This document shows positions 11,886-22,696 of a DNA stretch of 64,000 bases, one piece after another (positions within the stretch are counted from its first letter, which is position 1; each line of letters opens with the position of its first letter). The DNA lies in assembly GCA_963805945.1 (NCBI GenBank), contig CAWDVP010000001.1, positions 32,001 through 96,000 on the forward strand, written 5' to 3'. Source of the stretch: Vulcanimicrobiota bacterium. GTDB lineage: Bacteria; Vulcanimicrobiota; Vulcanimicrobiia; Eremiobacterales; Eremiobacteraceae. Made by a program: the position numbers and the translations under genes. The notes beneath the pieces were generated by a model, which made no database searches, was not told the DNA's origin, and was given only the letters and a program-made list of their open reading frames with translations.

Positions 11886-14398
11886 TACGCCGGCGTCGCT
11901 GCGACCTCTTCGGTCGTGAACGCCTCGATGACGTCGCCCACCTTGATGTCGTTGAAGTTCTCGATCGACAAGCCGCAGTCGAAGCCCTCGAGCACTTCGC
12001 GCGCATCGTCCTTGAAGCGCTTGAGCGACGCGAGCTTGCCCTCGTACACGAGCACGCTGTCGCGCAGCACGCGGATCATCGAGTCGCGCGTGATGCGGCC
12101 CGAGCGGACGTGGCAGCCCGCGATGGTGCCGATCTTGCTCACCTTGAAGAGCTGGCGCACTTCGACCTCGCCGATGGCGACCTCGCGCGTCTGCGGCTTG
12201 AGCATGCCGGCGATCGCCGCCTTGACGTCGTCGATGACGTTGTAGATGACGTCGTAGAGCCGGATGTCGACGCCTTCGGTCTCGGCCTTGCGCGAGATCG
12301 TCGCATCCGGCCTGATGTTGAAGCCGATGATGATGGCGCTCGAGGCCGCGGCGAGCATGACGTCGGATTCGTTGATGCCGCCCACGCCGGTGTGGAGGAC
12401 GCGCGTGCGCACCTCCTCGTTGGCGATGCCTTCGAGCTGCGCGCGCAACGCCTCGACCGACCCCTGCGCGTCGGCCTTGACGATGAGGTTGAGGTCCTTG
12501 AGGCCGCCCTCCTTGGCCTGTTCCAAGAAGCCGTCGAGCGTGATCGCACGCTTGGCCGTGGCCATGCGCTTGTCGCGGGCGCGCTGTGAACGCTTCGCCG
12601 CCAGCTCGCGCGCGTCGCGCTCGTCGGACACCACTTCCATGATGTCGCCGGCGGCAGGCACGTCGGAAAGACCCATGATCTCGGCGGGGATCGCTGGACC
12701 GGCGCGTTTGATCGGCGCAAGTTTGTCGTCGAACAGCGCGCGCACGCGGCCCCATGTCGAACCGACGACGACGATGTCGCCGGCGCGCAGCGTGCCGTTC
12801 TTGACGAGCACGGTCGCGACCGGGCCGCGGGACTTGTCGAGGCGCGCCTCGATGATGACGCCTTGCGCGCGGCGGCTCTTGTTCGCCTTGAGGTCGAGCA
12901 GGTCGGCGTTGAGCAGCACCATCTCGAGCAATTCGTCGATGCCGGTCTTCGCCTTGGCGGAGACCGGGATGAACTGCGTCTGGCCGCCGTACTCTTCCGG
13001 CGCGAGACCCAGCTCCGAGAGCTGCTGCTTTACGCGATCCGGATTAGCGTCGGGCCTATCCATCTTATTGATGGCGACGACGATCGGCACGCCCGCCGCT
13101 TTCGCGTGATTCATCGCTTCGATCGTCTGCGGCATGACGCCGTCATCCGCCGCGACCACGAGGATCGCGACGTCGGTGACCTTGGCGCCGCGCGCGCGCA
13201 TCTCGGTGAACGCTTCGTGGCCGGGCGTGTCGATGAAGGTGACCTTGCGATCGCCGGTCTCGACGGTGTACGCGCCGATGCGCTGGGTGATACCGCCCGC
13301 TTCGCCGGCCGCGACCTTGGTCGAGCGTATGGCATCGAGCAGCGACGTCTTGCCATGGTCGACGTGGCCGAGCACGGTGACGACCGGCGGACGCGTGGTG
13401 AGCGAACCCGGCGGGTCCGCCTCGACGACGATCTCCGGAGCGGCTTCTTCGCCGACTTCCTTGACGATGGTGTTGAAGCCGAAGCGGCGCGCCACCTGAC
13501 TGGCCACGTCGGATGCGATGTGCTGATTGACCGTCGCCATCGTGCCCATGCGGATGAGCTGTGCGATGACCTGACCGGCTGGGGTCTCCATCGCTGCGGC
13601 GAGCTGCTGCACGGTGAGCAGGTCGGGGATGAACAGGTCCTTGAGGACCTCCGGCTCGACGACGGCCGTGCCGACTTGCGCGGCTTTCGAACGCGGCTGG
13701 CTCTTCTTGAGCAGCGACTCGCGTTCGCGCTCCTTCCGGTCGCGCTCGAGCTCTTCGCGCGATTTCTTGCGTCCGCCGGACGGCGGCGCGCTCGGCGTGG
13801 ATGACGGCGCCACCGCACCTCGGCCCGGGCCGGCTTGTCCACCCGGTCGAGCTTGACCGGGGCGAGCAAAACCTTGCCGCGCACCCGGCGCCATCGGGCG
13901 CATGGGCACCGGCCGTTGCACGGTGGGATACGTCCTCGGCGCACCAGGCTGCACTTGCGCGGAGGGGATCGGAGCGCTTGGATCCGCTGATGCGGCGGGG
14001 ACGACTTTGGGCTGCGCGGCTGGGCGCACGGGGCGCGGCGCTTTTTGCGCCGGCGGCACGACACGCAACCGCGGCATGGGGGCTTCGGCGACTGGCGCTG
14101 CTGCGGCCGGTTTCGCGACCTCGGGAGCAGCAGGCGGCGGCACGGCCGCAGCCGGCGTGGGCGCGGCTGCGACGGCGGCGCCGTTGCCGGCGACGGGTTT
14201 TTTCGGCGCGACTTTGACGCGCTTCGCCTCTTCAGCGAGATTGCCGGTGAGCACGCCCTTGACGATGCGCGCGCGATGCTCGTCGACGACGCTCATGTGC
14301 GTCGACGCGCGAATACCGACCTTGCTCAGAAGCGCGATCGTCTCCTGATTTGAGAGGTTGAGCTCTTTTGCGAGCTCGTGAACTCGAACTCCAGCCAT
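11885..14398 (-). CDS. infB: Translation initiation factor IF-2
   Basis: [11 protein letters not shown]-domain, [28 protein letters not shown]. Confidence 0.98.
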   Translation of the reverse strand: MAGVRVHELAKELNLSNQETIALLSKVGIRASTHMSVVDEHRARIVKGVLTGNLAEEAKRVKVAPKKPVAGNGAAVAAAPTPAAAVPPPAAPEVAKPAAAAPVAEAPMPRLRVVPPAQKAPRPVRPAAQPKVVPAASADPSAPIPSAQVQPGAPRTYPTVQRPVPMRPMAPGARQGFARPGQARPGGQAGPGRGAVAPSSTPSAPPSGGRKKSREELERDRKERERESLLKKSQPRSKAAQVGTAVVEPEVLKDLFIPDLLTVQQLAAAMETPAGQVIAQLIRMGTMATVNQHIASDVASQVARRFGFNTIVKEVGEEAAPEIVVEADPPGSLTTRPPVVTVLGHVDHGKTSLLDAIRSTKVAAGEAGGITQRIGAYTVETGDRKVTFIDTPGHEAFTEMRARGAKVTDVAILVVAADDGVMPQTIEAMNHAKAAGVPIVVAINKMDRPDANPDRVKQQLSELGLAPEEYGGQTQFIPVSAKAKTGIDELLEMVLLNADLLDLKANKSRRAQGVIIEARLDKSRGPVATVLVKNGTLRAGDIVVVGSTWGRVRALFDDKLAPIKRAGPAIPAEIMGLSDVPAAGDIMEVVSDERDARELAAKRSQRARDKRMATAKRAITLDGFLEQAKEGGLKDLNLIVKADAQGSVEALRAQLEGIANEEVRTRVLHTGVGGINESDVMLAAASSAIIIGFNIRPDATISRKAETEGVDIRLYDVIYNVIDDVKAAIAGMLKPQTREVAIGEVEVRQLFKVSKIGTIAGCHVRSGRITRDSMIRVLRDSVLVYEGKLASLKRFKDDAREVLEGFDCGLSIENFNDIKVGDVIEAFTTEEVAATPA

Positions 14399-14420
14399 GC
14401 TTTCGGCCGCCGCTGCGGCG

Positions 14421-14686
14421 CTATGTTATCCTTTCATCTCGCGTGGGCCATCCGGTCGCGGTTTCCGCCGCCGCCGCAAGCCCTTTGTACTTCTTGTTCT
14501 TCTTCACTCGCTCGACGCACTGCGGCGAGCACAGATACGCTCCCCTGCCGTCCCGTCGCGCCGCCGCGTCGGCCAGCCAGCCGCCGCCGTCGTCGCGCAC
14601 GAATCGCAGCAGCCCGCGCTTCGGCCCGCGGTTGCGGCATCCCACACATTGCCTGGTGGGCTCGTGGCCGGCGAGCGCTGCGTCAC
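14421..14686 (-). CDS. ylxR: YlxR/RnpM family protein (start uncertain)
   Basis: PTRQCVGCR...LLRFVR...GRGAYLC; between nusA and infB. Confidence 0.85.
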
Positions 14687-16044
14687 TCGTTGGCGCCTGC
14701 CTTTTCGCCGACGTCGACCCCATCCTCCGTCACGGTTTCCGCGCTGCCCGCCGCATCGGCCGGCTCCGCGTCCTCGCTGTCGTCGCGCTGCAGTTCTTGC
14801 AGGCGACGGATGAGATCTTCATCCGCAGCGAGCAGCTCGGGCGTCAACTCGACGCCGGATTCCTGCGCTGCCGCCTCCGCCATCGCGGCGACCTCTTCGG
14901 ATTCTTCTTCCTCGTCGACGCGCTGCGAGAGCACCTTCGCCCACTGCTCCTCGTTGTGGATGTCGATGCGCCAGCCGGTGAGCCGCGCGGCGAGCCGCAC
15001 GTTCTGGCCTTCCTTGCCGATCGCCAGCGACAGCTGATGGTCGGGGACGACGACCTCGGCGAGATGCTGGCGCTCGTTCAGGTGCACTTGGATGACCTTG
15101 GCGGGCTGCAGCGCGTTGGCGACGTAGGTCGCGATGTCGGACGACCACTGGATCACGTCGAGCTTTTCGCCGTGCAGCTCATCGCTGATGTTGTTGATGC
15201 GCGAGCTGCGCGGCCCGAGGCAGGCGCCGACCGCATCGATATCTTCTTCGTCGGTCCACACCGACAGTTTCGAACGCGAGCCGGGCTCGCGCGCGATGTC
15301 CTTGACCTCGACCAGTCCCTGCGCGACTTCCGGGATCTCGGTCTCGAACAGCCGGCGCACGACGTTGGGATGGGTGCGCGACACGACGATCTGCGGACCC
15401 TTGTTCGTCTTGCGCGCTTCGACGACATAGACGCGCACGCGCGAACCGATGCGGAACGACTCGTGCGGCACCTGTTCGGAGAGCGGCAGGATCGCCTCGG
15501 CCTTGCCGAGATCGATGAACATGTTGCGCTGCTCGTAGCGGATGACCGTGCCGCTGCTCATGTGGTCGATCTTGTCGTTGTATTCGTCGAAGACGAGATC
15601 GCGCTCGGCCTCGCGGATGCGCTGCACGATGACCTGCTTGGCGGTCTGCGCGGCGATGCGCCCGAATTCTTTGGGTGTCACTTCGATGTCGAAGTTGTCG
15701 CCGATCGCGTACTTCTCGCCGGCTTCTGCGGCGCTGATCTCGATGAGCGGATCGGTGACCTCTTCGACCACGGCGCGGCGCGCGAACACGCGATACGAGC
15801 CGTCTTCGCGATCGACGATGACGACCGGATTGCCGTTCGCCTCGGCCTCACGCGCGAAGTTGCGCTTGTAGGCGGAGACGAGCGCTGCTTCGAGCGCGTC
15901 GATGAGCACGGCAAAGGACAAGCCGCGATCCTTCTCGAGCTCGCGCAATGCGGCGATCAGCTCGGGATTCGGCTGGGCGGGTGCGGCGACCGCCGAGCCG
16001 TTGCCCGACGCGGCCGCCTTTTTTGCGGTCTTTCGTGGTGTCAT
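14683..16044 (-). CDS. nusA: Transcription termination/antitermination factor NusA
   Basis: [23 protein letters not shown]1 and KH domains ([34 protein letters not shown]). Confidence 0.97.
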   Translation of the reverse strand: MTPRKTAKKAAASGNGSAVAAPAQPNPELIAALRELEKDRGLSFAVLIDALEAALVSAYKRNFAREAEANGNPVVIVDREDGSYRVFARRAVVEEVTDPLIEISAAEAGEKYAIGDNFDIEVTPKEFGRIAAQTAKQVIVQRIREAERDLVFDEYNDKIDHMSSGTVIRYEQRNMFIDLGKAEAILPLSEQVPHESFRIGSRVRVYVVEARKTNKGPQIVVSRTHPNVVRRLFETEIPEVAQGLVEVKDIAREPGSRSKLSVWTDEEDIDAVGACLGPRSSRINNISDELHGEKLDVIQWSSDIATYVANALQPAKVIQVHLNERQHLAEVVVPDHQLSLAIGKEGQNVRLAARLTGWRIDIHNEEQWAKVLSQRVDEEEESEEVAAMAEAAAQESGVELTPELLAADEDLIRRLQELQRDDSEDAEPADAAGSAETVTEDGVDVGEKAGANE

Positions 16045-16065
16045 AGCGTTGTGGGAACCCTTAGG

Positions 16066-16096
16066 AGAAACGAAAGGAGTGGGCTGTCCCACTCCT
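16066..16096 (-). terminator. rimP-leader-like attenuator hairpin in the nusA 5' UTR
   Basis: Minus strand AGGAGTGGG-ACAG-CCCACTCCT followed by TTCGTTTC. Confidence 0.7.
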
Positions 16097-16114
16097 CACG
16101 GAGAATACGTTGGT

Positions 16115-16143
16115 ATAGTACCATACGGGCCGTCCCGGCGCAA
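16115..16143 (-). promoter_or_regulatory. Putative sigma70 promoter of the nusA-infB operon
   Basis: Minus strand TTGCGC-17 nt-TACTAT, with an extended -10 TG. Confidence 0.65.
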
Positions 16144-16168
16144 GGCCCTGCGCTCGCATGTGACCCCT

Positions 16169-16636
16169 TCAGAGCCAGCGGCGAACCCGCCGCGCGTACT
16201 CCCGATAGGTGTCGCCGAAGGTGCGCTCGAGATAGCGTTCTTCCCGCCCGATGACTCCGAACCGGACGATCGCGATCAAAGGAACGAAAAGCACGAGGGC
16301 CCACAACGAGTTCCCGATGACGGCGCATCCGAGATAGAACAGCGCCAGCCCGAGATACACGGGGTTGCGCGTCCATCTATAGATGCCGGTCGTGATGAGC
16401 GCCGTGACCGGCTGTGACGGGTTGAGCGGCGTCTTCGCCTTGGCGAACAGCGGAATCGCGGCGGCCCACACCGCGACCCACAGGACGAGCAGCGCCGCGC
16501 CGAGCGCCCACGCCGCGCTCTGCGGCATGATATGCAGCGGCCAGCGCCAGCTCAGGGCGTAGCCGACGGCCAAACCCGCGACGTAGATGAGCGGCGGCGG
16601 GAAGCGGACGCCGGCGTTGTCACGCACCTCATTCAT
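16169..16636 (-). CDS. Isoprenylcysteine carboxyl methyltransferase (ICMT/PEMT) family membrane protein
   Basis: FPPPLIY, LITTGIYRWTRNPVYLG, REERYLERTFGDTYREYARRVRRWL. Confidence 0.9.
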   Translation of the reverse strand: MNEVRDNAGVRFPPPLIYVAGLAVGYALSWRWPLHIMPQSAAWALGAALLVLWVAVWAAAIPLFAKAKTPLNPSQPVTALITTGIYRWTRNPVYLGLALFYLGCAVIGNSLWALVLFVPLIAIVRFGVIGREERYLERTFGDTYREYARRVRRWL

Positions 16637-17111
16637 GGTGTCTTCTTCTTCAGGTCCTCTTTGGGTTCGTAGACGAGGTTGGCGCGTTTGATCGCGGCGT
16701 ATGGGATCTCGACGGTGCCGGCGTAGCGATCCGCGATCGCCACCTTCTCGTCGTCCGCGGTACCGATGGGCCCCAGAATTCCACGCGATTCGCGATGCGC
16801 AGCGTGGTGATGATGCGCGCGACGCGCCCCGCAAAGCGCCGGAAATGTTCGGGCGCGAGCAGCGGGCGATCGAGTCCGGCGGACGCGACCTCGATCGTGT
16901 AAGGGCCGATAGGCGGCGAGAGCGCATCGGTACGATGCGCGATGAAGCGCGTGATCTGCTCGCACAGCCGTGTGTCGACGCCGCCCTCGCGATCGACGCT
17001 CACCGCCATCACGTACGCGCCGCGCTCGCGGCGCACGCTGGCCTTGAGCACCTCGATCGAACGGAACTCGACGCCGATGCTCTTGAGGATCTCGTCGAGG
17101 CGGTCCGTCAT
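16633..17111 (-). CDS. rimP: Ribosome maturation factor RimP (frameshift near 16775)
   Basis: VDREGGVDTRLCEQITR, YTIEVASAGLDRPL, IPYAAIKRANLV. Confidence 0.9.
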
Positions 17112-17827
17112 AACGGTGCGATCGTGAAGCCCGCCGCGTCGAGCGCCGCGCGGACCTCGAGCGCCATCGCCGCGGCCCCGGGCGTATCGCCGTGGATGCA
17201 CAGAGTCTGCACCCTGCCATCGTTCGCCAGCGCGACCGCCTGCGCCGCCGCCGCGCGCGGATCCGAATACACCGCGCCGCGCTTGTCGCGCGCACGCAGC
17301 GAACCGTCCGGCTCGTATGCGCGGTCGCAGAAGCCTTCGGCAGCCGTCCGCAGCCCCGCCGCCGTTCCGGCGGCGAGCAGCGCGGAGCCAGGCAGACCGA
17401 CCAGAACGAGGTTCTTGTCAAAGCGCGCAGTCCCACGCGCGATAGCTTCGGCCAACGCGCCGTTGCGAACCGCATCGTTGTAGAGCGCGCCGTGCGGCTT
17501 CACGTGCGAGAGCGTGGAGCCGCTCGAGCGCACGAACCCCGCGAGCGCACCGATCTGGTAGAGCACCGCCGCTTCCACGTCGGCCGGCGCAAGATCCATG
17601 CTGCGTCGCCCGAAGCCGGCCAGGTCCGGATACGAAGGATGCGCGCCGATCGCGATGCCGCGGTCCGCCGCGTAGCGCACCGTCGCGTCGATCGTCGTCG
17701 GGTCGCCCGCATGGAAGCCGCACGCGACGTTCGCGGAGGTGACGAGATCGAGCAGCGCCCGGTCGGCGCCCATGCGCCAGGCGCCGTACGATTCGCCGAT
17801 GTCGCAATTCAGATCGATACGCTTCAT
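17108..17827 (-). CDS. pxpA: 5-oxoprolinase subunit A (LamB/YcsF)
   Basis: IDLNCDIGESYG, ACGFHAGD, HVKPHGALYN, LCIHGDTPGA. Confidence 0.95.
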   Translation of the reverse strand: MKRIDLNCDIGESYGAWRMGADRALLDLVTSANVACGFHAGDPTTIDATVRYAADRGIAIGAHPSYPDLAGFGRRSMDLAPADVEAAVLYQIGALAGFVRSSGSTLSHVKPHGALYNDAVRNGALAEAIARGTARFDKNLVLVGLPGSALLAAGTAAGLRTAAEGFCDRAYEPDGSLRARDKRGAVYSDPRAAAAQAVALANDGRVQTLCIHGDTPGAAAMALEVRAALDAAGFTIAPL

Positions 17828-18792
17828 CCCATACCCGCGTTTCGGGCGCGAGGCACTGTGTCCAACTTCCGCAACGCCTCCTCGCGCGCCCGCGCTGCGA
17901 CCACTTGCGACACGAGCTCAAAGCGCAGCCGATCGCCGGGCTGCAGCTGCGCCGCTCGCGGCAGATCGGCGCCGATCACGCATGCGACGGTCGCATACCC
18001 GGCGGTCGTCTGATGCTCCGACAACAGCAACACCGGCACGCCGGCGCTGGTGATTTGCACGCATCCTGCGCATGCACCCGCCGAGGTGACTCCTGTCCCC
18101 GTGCCGCCCGGCAACGGTGCGCCATCGAGCTGCAATCCCTGGCGCGTCGAGCGGCTCGAGACCGTATATTCGGTTTCGTGGAGCGCCGCGCGCGCGGCGG
18201 ATGACAGCGCGCCCGCATGGGGACCCGGCAGGACGCGTAAGGCGGTCCGCGCCGGCCATGCTGGGATGCTCTCTTCATCATATGCATGCAACGCAGAGTC
18301 GCCGTGCGTCAGTCCAAGCCGCAACTCGTCACCGGCTCGCAGCGCCCGGCCCTGGAGGCCGCCGAATCCACCGCCCACATCGGTCGCCGCGCTGCCGAGG
18401 ACGAGCGGCACTTCGACGCCGCCCGCGAAGGCGATATAGGATCGGAATCCCCGCTGCGCCGCGCCGATCTCGATGCGCGAGCCTGCGGGGACGTGCTGGG
18501 AGCTCCACCGTCGCGACGGATGTGCCGCGATGGACAGCACACCGTCCGCGCCGGTCACGGCGACGATCGTGTCGGCGAGCGTGACGAAGACCGCGTCGGT
18601 CATCGTCAGCTCGACGAGCGCCGCGCAGTCGTCGTTGCTGGCGAGCCGGTTCGCCGCTCTCGCGCTGTACCAGTCGGCAGCGCCTGACGGCGACACGCCG
18701 AATCGAGCGACATCCGCGCGCCCGCAGTCCTGGACGCTCGAGAGGATGCCCGGTTTGACGACCCGCACGAGACGCGCACCACCGAGGCTCAT
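17824..18792 (-). CDS. pxpC: 5-oxoprolinase subunit C
   Basis: PGILSSVQDCGR, GFRSYIAFAGG, EHQTTAGY. Confidence 0.9.
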   Translation of the reverse strand: MSLGGARLVRVVKPGILSSVQDCGRADVARFGVSPSGAADWYSARAANRLASNDDCAALVELTMTDAVFVTLADTIVAVTGADGVLSIAAHPSRRWSSQHVPAGSRIEIGAAQRGFRSYIAFAGGVEVPLVLGSAATDVGGGFGGLQGRALRAGDELRLGLTHGDSALHAYDEESIPAWPARTALRVLPGPHAGALSSAARAALHETEYTVSSRSTRQGLQLDGAPLPGGTGTGVTSAGACAGCVQITSAGVPVLLLSEHQTTAGYATVACVIGADLPRAAQLQPGDRLRFELVSQVVAARAREEALRKLDTVPRARNAGMG

Positions 18793-19514
18793 CGCGCCGA
18801 CACCTCGGCGAGCGCGTCCTCGAGGCGCTGCACGTGCTCGAAGCGGACGACATCGCCTGGTGCGAAGAGCGCCGCCGGTTCGCGCGACGGATCAAATATC
18901 GCCGCCGCCGTCCGTCCGAGCAATCGCCAGCCACCGGGTGAGGAGCGCGGGTAGATGCCGCACTGACCGTCGGCGATCGCGACGCTGCCAGACGGCACGC
19001 GATCGCGCGGCGCGGCCAAGCGCGGCGCTCGCAGCTCCTGCGGCAGACCGAAGAGATACGGAAAGCCGGCGAGGAAGCCGAGAAACGCGACGCGATATTC
19101 CGCGGCGCACAACGTGCGCACGTATGCGTCTGGCGCAAGGCCGCACGCGCGCGCCGTCGCCTCGAGATCGACGCCGTCCTCATCGCCGAAACAGACGCCC
19201 ACGCGGATGCGGCGCGGCTCCTCGGCGTCTTCGTCGTGCCCGAGCGCAGCTCGGGTTTCTTCTGCCGCGCCGCGTAGAACCGCCATGACGTTCGCCGGAC
19301 CGACGCGCTCGGGATCGAAGCGCACGAGGACGGACGCATAGGCAGGCACGATATCGAGCACCCGGTCGCCGAACCGCGCGCGCGCCAGCGCCGCCAGCGC
19401 CCACACCCGGCGCAGCGTGGCCGTGTCGATGCGGTCGCCGAACAGCGCGATCACGGCTGCATCGCCGACGGGCACGATCTGGAATTCGCTCACGTCAAGT
19501 AAACCGGCGGGCAT
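18789..19514 (-). CDS. pxpB: 5-oxoprolinase subunit B
   Basis: VPAYASVLVRFDP, GFLAGFPYL, GIYPRSSPGGWRLLGRT. Confidence 0.92.
   Translation of the reverse strand: MPAGLLDVSEFQIVPVGDAAVIALFGDRIDTATLRRVWALAALARARFGDRVLDIVPAYASVLVRFDPERVGPANVMAVLRGAAEETRAALGHDEDAEEPRRIRVGVCFGDEDGVDLEATARACGLAPDAYVRTLCAAEYRVAFLGFLAGFPYLFGLPQELRAPRLAAPRDRVPSGSVAIADGQCGIYPRSSPGGWRLLGRTAAAIFDPSREPAALFAPGDVVRFEHVQRLEDALAEVSAR
19233..19255 (+). repeat. REP-like family C copy inside pxpB
   Basis: GTCGTG-CCCGAGC-GCA-GCTCGGG matches the consensus GTAGTG-CCCGAGC-GAA-GCTCGGG. Confidence 0.65.
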
Positions 19515-19534
19515 GCGTCGAAGCGCGCCTGCCT

Positions 19535-21313
19535 ATGCCGGCCTCGCTGCATTTCTCGCCACGCCCCAACCGCGCATCGGAGATCCGCTGGCAGGCGTGG
19601 GGTCCCGACGCCTTCGAACGCGCCGAGCGCGAGCACAAGCCGGTGCTGCTCGCGATCTCGGCGGTGTGGTGCCATTGGTGCCACGTCATGGACGAGACCT
19701 CATATTCGGACCCGGGCGTTATCGGCTTGATCAATGAAGCGTTCGTCCCGATCCGTGTGGACAACGATCAGCGCCCCGACATCAACGCGCGCTACAACAT
19801 GGGCGGCTGGCCGACGACGGTGCTGCTGACGCCGGACGGCGAGATCCTGCGTGGTGGAACCTATTTGCCGCCGGAGTCCATGCGCCCGTTCCTCCAGCAG
19901 GTCTCCGATCTCTACCGCGAGCCGGCCAATCGGCTGGAGTTCGCGACGCGGATCGCAGAGATCAAGTCGAAACGCGCCGGTCGCAAGCCCCAGCCGCCCG
20001 GCTCGCTCGACCCGGACAACCCGCGCGCCACAGCCGAGGCGATCTCCGAGGCGTTCGATGACGAGTACGGAGGTTTCGGGACAGAACCGAAGTTCCCGCA
20101 GACCGACGCGCTTCACTTCCTCTTAGACGCGTGGACGCGCAGGCCAGACGGGCGCGCCCAGACCATCGTCCAGATGACGCTGCGCGCGATGGCCGGCGGC
20201 GGCATGTACGACCACGTGGAGGGCGGCTTCTTCCGCTATTCGACGACCCGGGATTTCAGCGTACCGCACTACGAGAAGATGCTCGAAGATCTTGCGGGCC
20301 TGTTGCTCGCGTGCGCTCGAGCAAGCGCGCTCTTCGGCGACGAGGGTCTCGGCCGCGTCGCCGTCGACGTGCGGCGTTACCTCGACGCGACGCTGTGGAA
20401 CGCGCAGCGCCGCGGCTATGGCGGCAGTCAAGACGCAGACGAGGAGTATTACCTGCTCAACGCCGCCGGCCGTGAGCCGCTGGCGGCGCCCTACGTCGAT
20501 GCGACGATCTACACCGCGTGGAACGCCCAGACCGCACATGCGCTTATCGTCGCCGGGCCGATGCTCGCTGTCGACGGCGTCGACGCAGCGAGCTGGATCG
20601 CGCGTGGCGTCGAGATCCTCGAAATGCTCTGGTCGACGCTGCTCGTCGACGGCCTGATGGCCCGCTACCACGACGGAACGGCGCACGTGCGCGGGCTGCT
20701 CGCCGACCAGGCCTGGTGTGCGTGGGCCGCGCTCGCCGCATTTTCGGCCACCGGCGACGCCACATGGCTCACGCGCGCCGCGGCCCTGCTGGAAAAGGCT
20801 GAAGCGTTGTACGACGAGAGCGCCGGTGCGTACCTCGACCGGCTGCGCGACCCCAGCGACGCGGGCCGCTTGAGCGAACCGACGTGGCCCCTGCAGGAGA
20901 ATGCGCTCATCGCGCGCGCGTTGCTGCGGTGCGGCACGTTTACGGGCGCCGCTAGTCCCGCGCACAGGGCTCGACAGGTGCTCGAACGCTTCGCCGCCGG
21001 GTATCAGTCGATGGGGATCTTCGCAGCCGGTTACTCGTCGGCGGTGCTCGACGCTCTCGAGCCTCCGTGGGACGTGCGGATCGTCGGGCAAGCGAGCGAC
21101 CCGGCCACGCGCGCGCTGCGCGAGCCGATGTTGCGGTGCGCGACGCCCGCGCTGTGCGTCAACACGCTCGAGCCCGAAGACCGCGAACGTCTCGCGGCGC
21201 TGGACATCGCGCCCGCGCCCGCGCCGACGGCGTCCGTCTGTCGCGAGAACGTCTGCGTCGTCCGCACCGACCGCCCCGACGAACTGCTGCGTTCCGTTTC
21301 AGCGCTCCGCTAA
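19535..21313 (+). CDS. Thioredoxin-domain protein, YyaL/SSP411 (DUF255) family
   Basis: WCHWCHVMDETSY, GGWPTT, PKFP, GGFFRYS, PHYEKML. Confidence 0.9.
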   Translation: MPASLHFSPRPNRASEIRWQAWGPDAFERAEREHKPVLLAISAVWCHWCHVMDETSYSDPGVIGLINEAFVPIRVDNDQRPDINARYNMGGWPTTVLLTPDGEILRGGTYLPPESMRPFLQQVSDLYREPANRLEFATRIAEIKSKRAGRKPQPPGSLDPDNPRATAEAISEAFDDEYGGFGTEPKFPQTDALHFLLDAWTRRPDGRAQTIVQMTLRAMAGGGMYDHVEGGFFRYSTTRDFSVPHYEKMLEDLAGLLLACARASALFGDEGLGRVAVDVRRYLDATLWNAQRRGYGGSQDADEEYYLLNAAGREPLAAPYVDATIYTAWNAQTAHALIVAGPMLAVDGVDAASWIARGVEILEMLWSTLLVDGLMARYHDGTAHVRGLLADQAWCAWAALAAFSATGDATWLTRAAALLEKAEALYDESAGAYLDRLRDPSDAGRLSEPTWPLQENALIARALLRCGTFTGAASPAHRARQVLERFAAGYQSMGIFAAGYSSAVLDALEPPWDVRIVGQASDPATRALREPMLRCATPALCVNTLEPEDRERLAALDIAPAPAPTASVCRENVCVVRTDRPDELLRSVSALR

Positions 21314-21483
21314 AAAATATTTTGCGAGACGTTTCGAGGAGACGAGGAGAACCGCAAGCGCGTGGCCGAACCTCGGCCCTTCGGCTTTCGCACGACCGTA
21401 ATTTCGATACGCGTGGTTGTGTTGCCCGTTCGGCGCGCTGCCGATAAGCACTATAACCGCTCTTCACGATTCTGGAGGCAACC

Positions 21484-22101
21484 TTGGTGTTGCAAGAGTT
21501 GCGAGTCGACGTCGACGTCACTGATATCCGATCCGCGATCCGCGAGCGATTGCGCGAATACGATGACGGCGGACGCGAAGCACAAGCGAATCCGGAGCGC
21601 GCCGACAACGCGTGGCGCGTCGTGCAGAACCTGCTGGCCGAAGAGCTCGCCGAGCTCAACGCCGGGCTGGCGGCGGACGCAAAAATCACCGAAAAGGACA
21701 GGCTGGCGCTGCCCGACGGCAGCCAGGCCATCGACATCCTGTACCGGGACCACAAGTTCTCGATCGTCCGGCCCAAGGACAAGCGCCATCTGTCCCTGGT
21801 GGACCCCTCCGCAGGCAGCCTGCCCATCGAGAACCTCGGCAGCAAGCTGTTTGTGGCAGGCGAGCCGATCGCAGCCGGGCTGCTGCGGGCCATCAACCGG
21901 CTGGTCGAGCGGGCGACGGCCGGCGTCAACAGCAATCCGAAGAACGATCAGAAGTACATGGCGATGGAGCTGCCCGCGACAAGCGCGGCGAAGATCGAAG
22001 CGGCGCTCAATCTTGCGCGCGACAACGGCTATCGTTTCGTGGAATCGTATCGCGGGCAGAGCAAGACGCGTCGCGTCTTCTTATTCGAACGGATGGTGTG
22101 A
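21484..22101 (+). CDS. Hypothetical protein with a DUF4177-like C-terminus
   Basis: GGAGG RBS; C-terminal Y...IEAALN...GYRFV...FLFER pattern. Confidence 0.65.
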   Translation: MVLQELRVDVDVTDIRSAIRERLREYDDGGREAQANPERADNAWRVVQNLLAEELAELNAGLAADAKITEKDRLALPDGSQAIDILYRDHKFSIVRPKDKRHLSLVDPSAGSLPIENLGSKLFVAGEPIAAGLLRAINRLVERATAGVNSNPKNDQKYMAMELPATSAAKIEAALNLARDNGYRFVESYRGQSKTRRVFLFERMV

Positions 22102-22102
22102 T

Positions 22103-22170
22103 GTAGGGTTCGATCTTCAGATCGAACCTGCGAGACGACACAAAGGGCCGATCTAAAGATCGGCCCCTAC
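22103..22170. repeat. REPIN: inverted doublet of family B GTAG-REPs between convergent genes
   Basis: GTAG-GGTTCGATCT-TC-AGATCGAACC (22103-22128, +) and GTAG-GGGCCGATCT-TT-AGATCGGCCC (22145-22170, -). Confidence 0.85.
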
Positions 22171-22180
22171 ATTTATGTCG

Positions 22181-22510
22181 CTAGCGCGGGGTGACGTTCT
22201 TGAGGTCGGAGGGCTTGGCGGCGGCGGGATCCGCGCCGACCACGCCGCGATGCTCGTTGACGATGGCCGCCGGGCTGAACCGCACGAAGAGGTTGACCAG
22301 CAGTATTAGCAGCGCCAGATCGTCGATCGGGCCGAGCAGCGGGAGATCGCCGAGCAGGTCGGCCGGCGAGATGACGACGACTGCCGCCGCGATCGTGGCT
22401 ACCTTGAGCAGTGACGGGACACGCTCATCCATGAACAACCGGGCGGCCAGCATGGCCGTCTTGGGGAATTGGACGACATAGCGCGCCGCCGAGACCAGTG
22501 ATAGAGCCAT
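22181..22510 (-). CDS. YkvA/DUF1232 family small membrane protein
   Basis: DERVP...VISPADLLGDLPLLGPIDDL. Confidence 0.85.
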   Translation of the reverse strand: MALSLVSAARYVVQFPKTAMLAARLFMDERVPSLLKVATIAAAVVVISPADLLGDLPLLGPIDDLALLILLVNLFVRFSPAAIVNEHRGVVGADPAAAKPSDLKNVTPR

Positions 22511-22590
22511 CGAGAAGGTACCCTCCAAACCGAGCTATAGCCATTTCTTATACTCGCCGCACGCAGCCTTTGTTTCCCGCGGGACGCGCC

Positions 22591-22613
22591 CCCGAGTTGC
22601 GCTCGGGCATTAC
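22591..22613 (-). repeat. REP-like family C copy (intergenic)
   Basis: Reverse complement GTAATG-CCCGAG-CGCAA-CTCGGG. Confidence 0.7.
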
Positions 22614-22696
22614 AGAGCGGTTTTGGTCGCAGGCCGGTACAGGTGGCGCAGGCTGCTGCTCCAATATCCACGCCTTGACGTCCTGACGGGGTGTGG

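Noticed and set aside
13690..14200. Pro/Ala/Gly low-complexity stretch in infB
   Set aside because: Normal variable N-terminal region of IF-2
14368..16254. Long antisense ORFs (e.g. 628 aa opposite nusA, 675 aa at 3914-5941, 579 aa at 24436-26175)
   Set aside because: Shadow ORFs expected in high-GC DNA; Arg/Ala-rich with no motifs
21314..21483. 170-nt intergenic region as an ncRNA or riboswitch
   Set aside because: No recognisable conserved motif or convincing extended structure by eye
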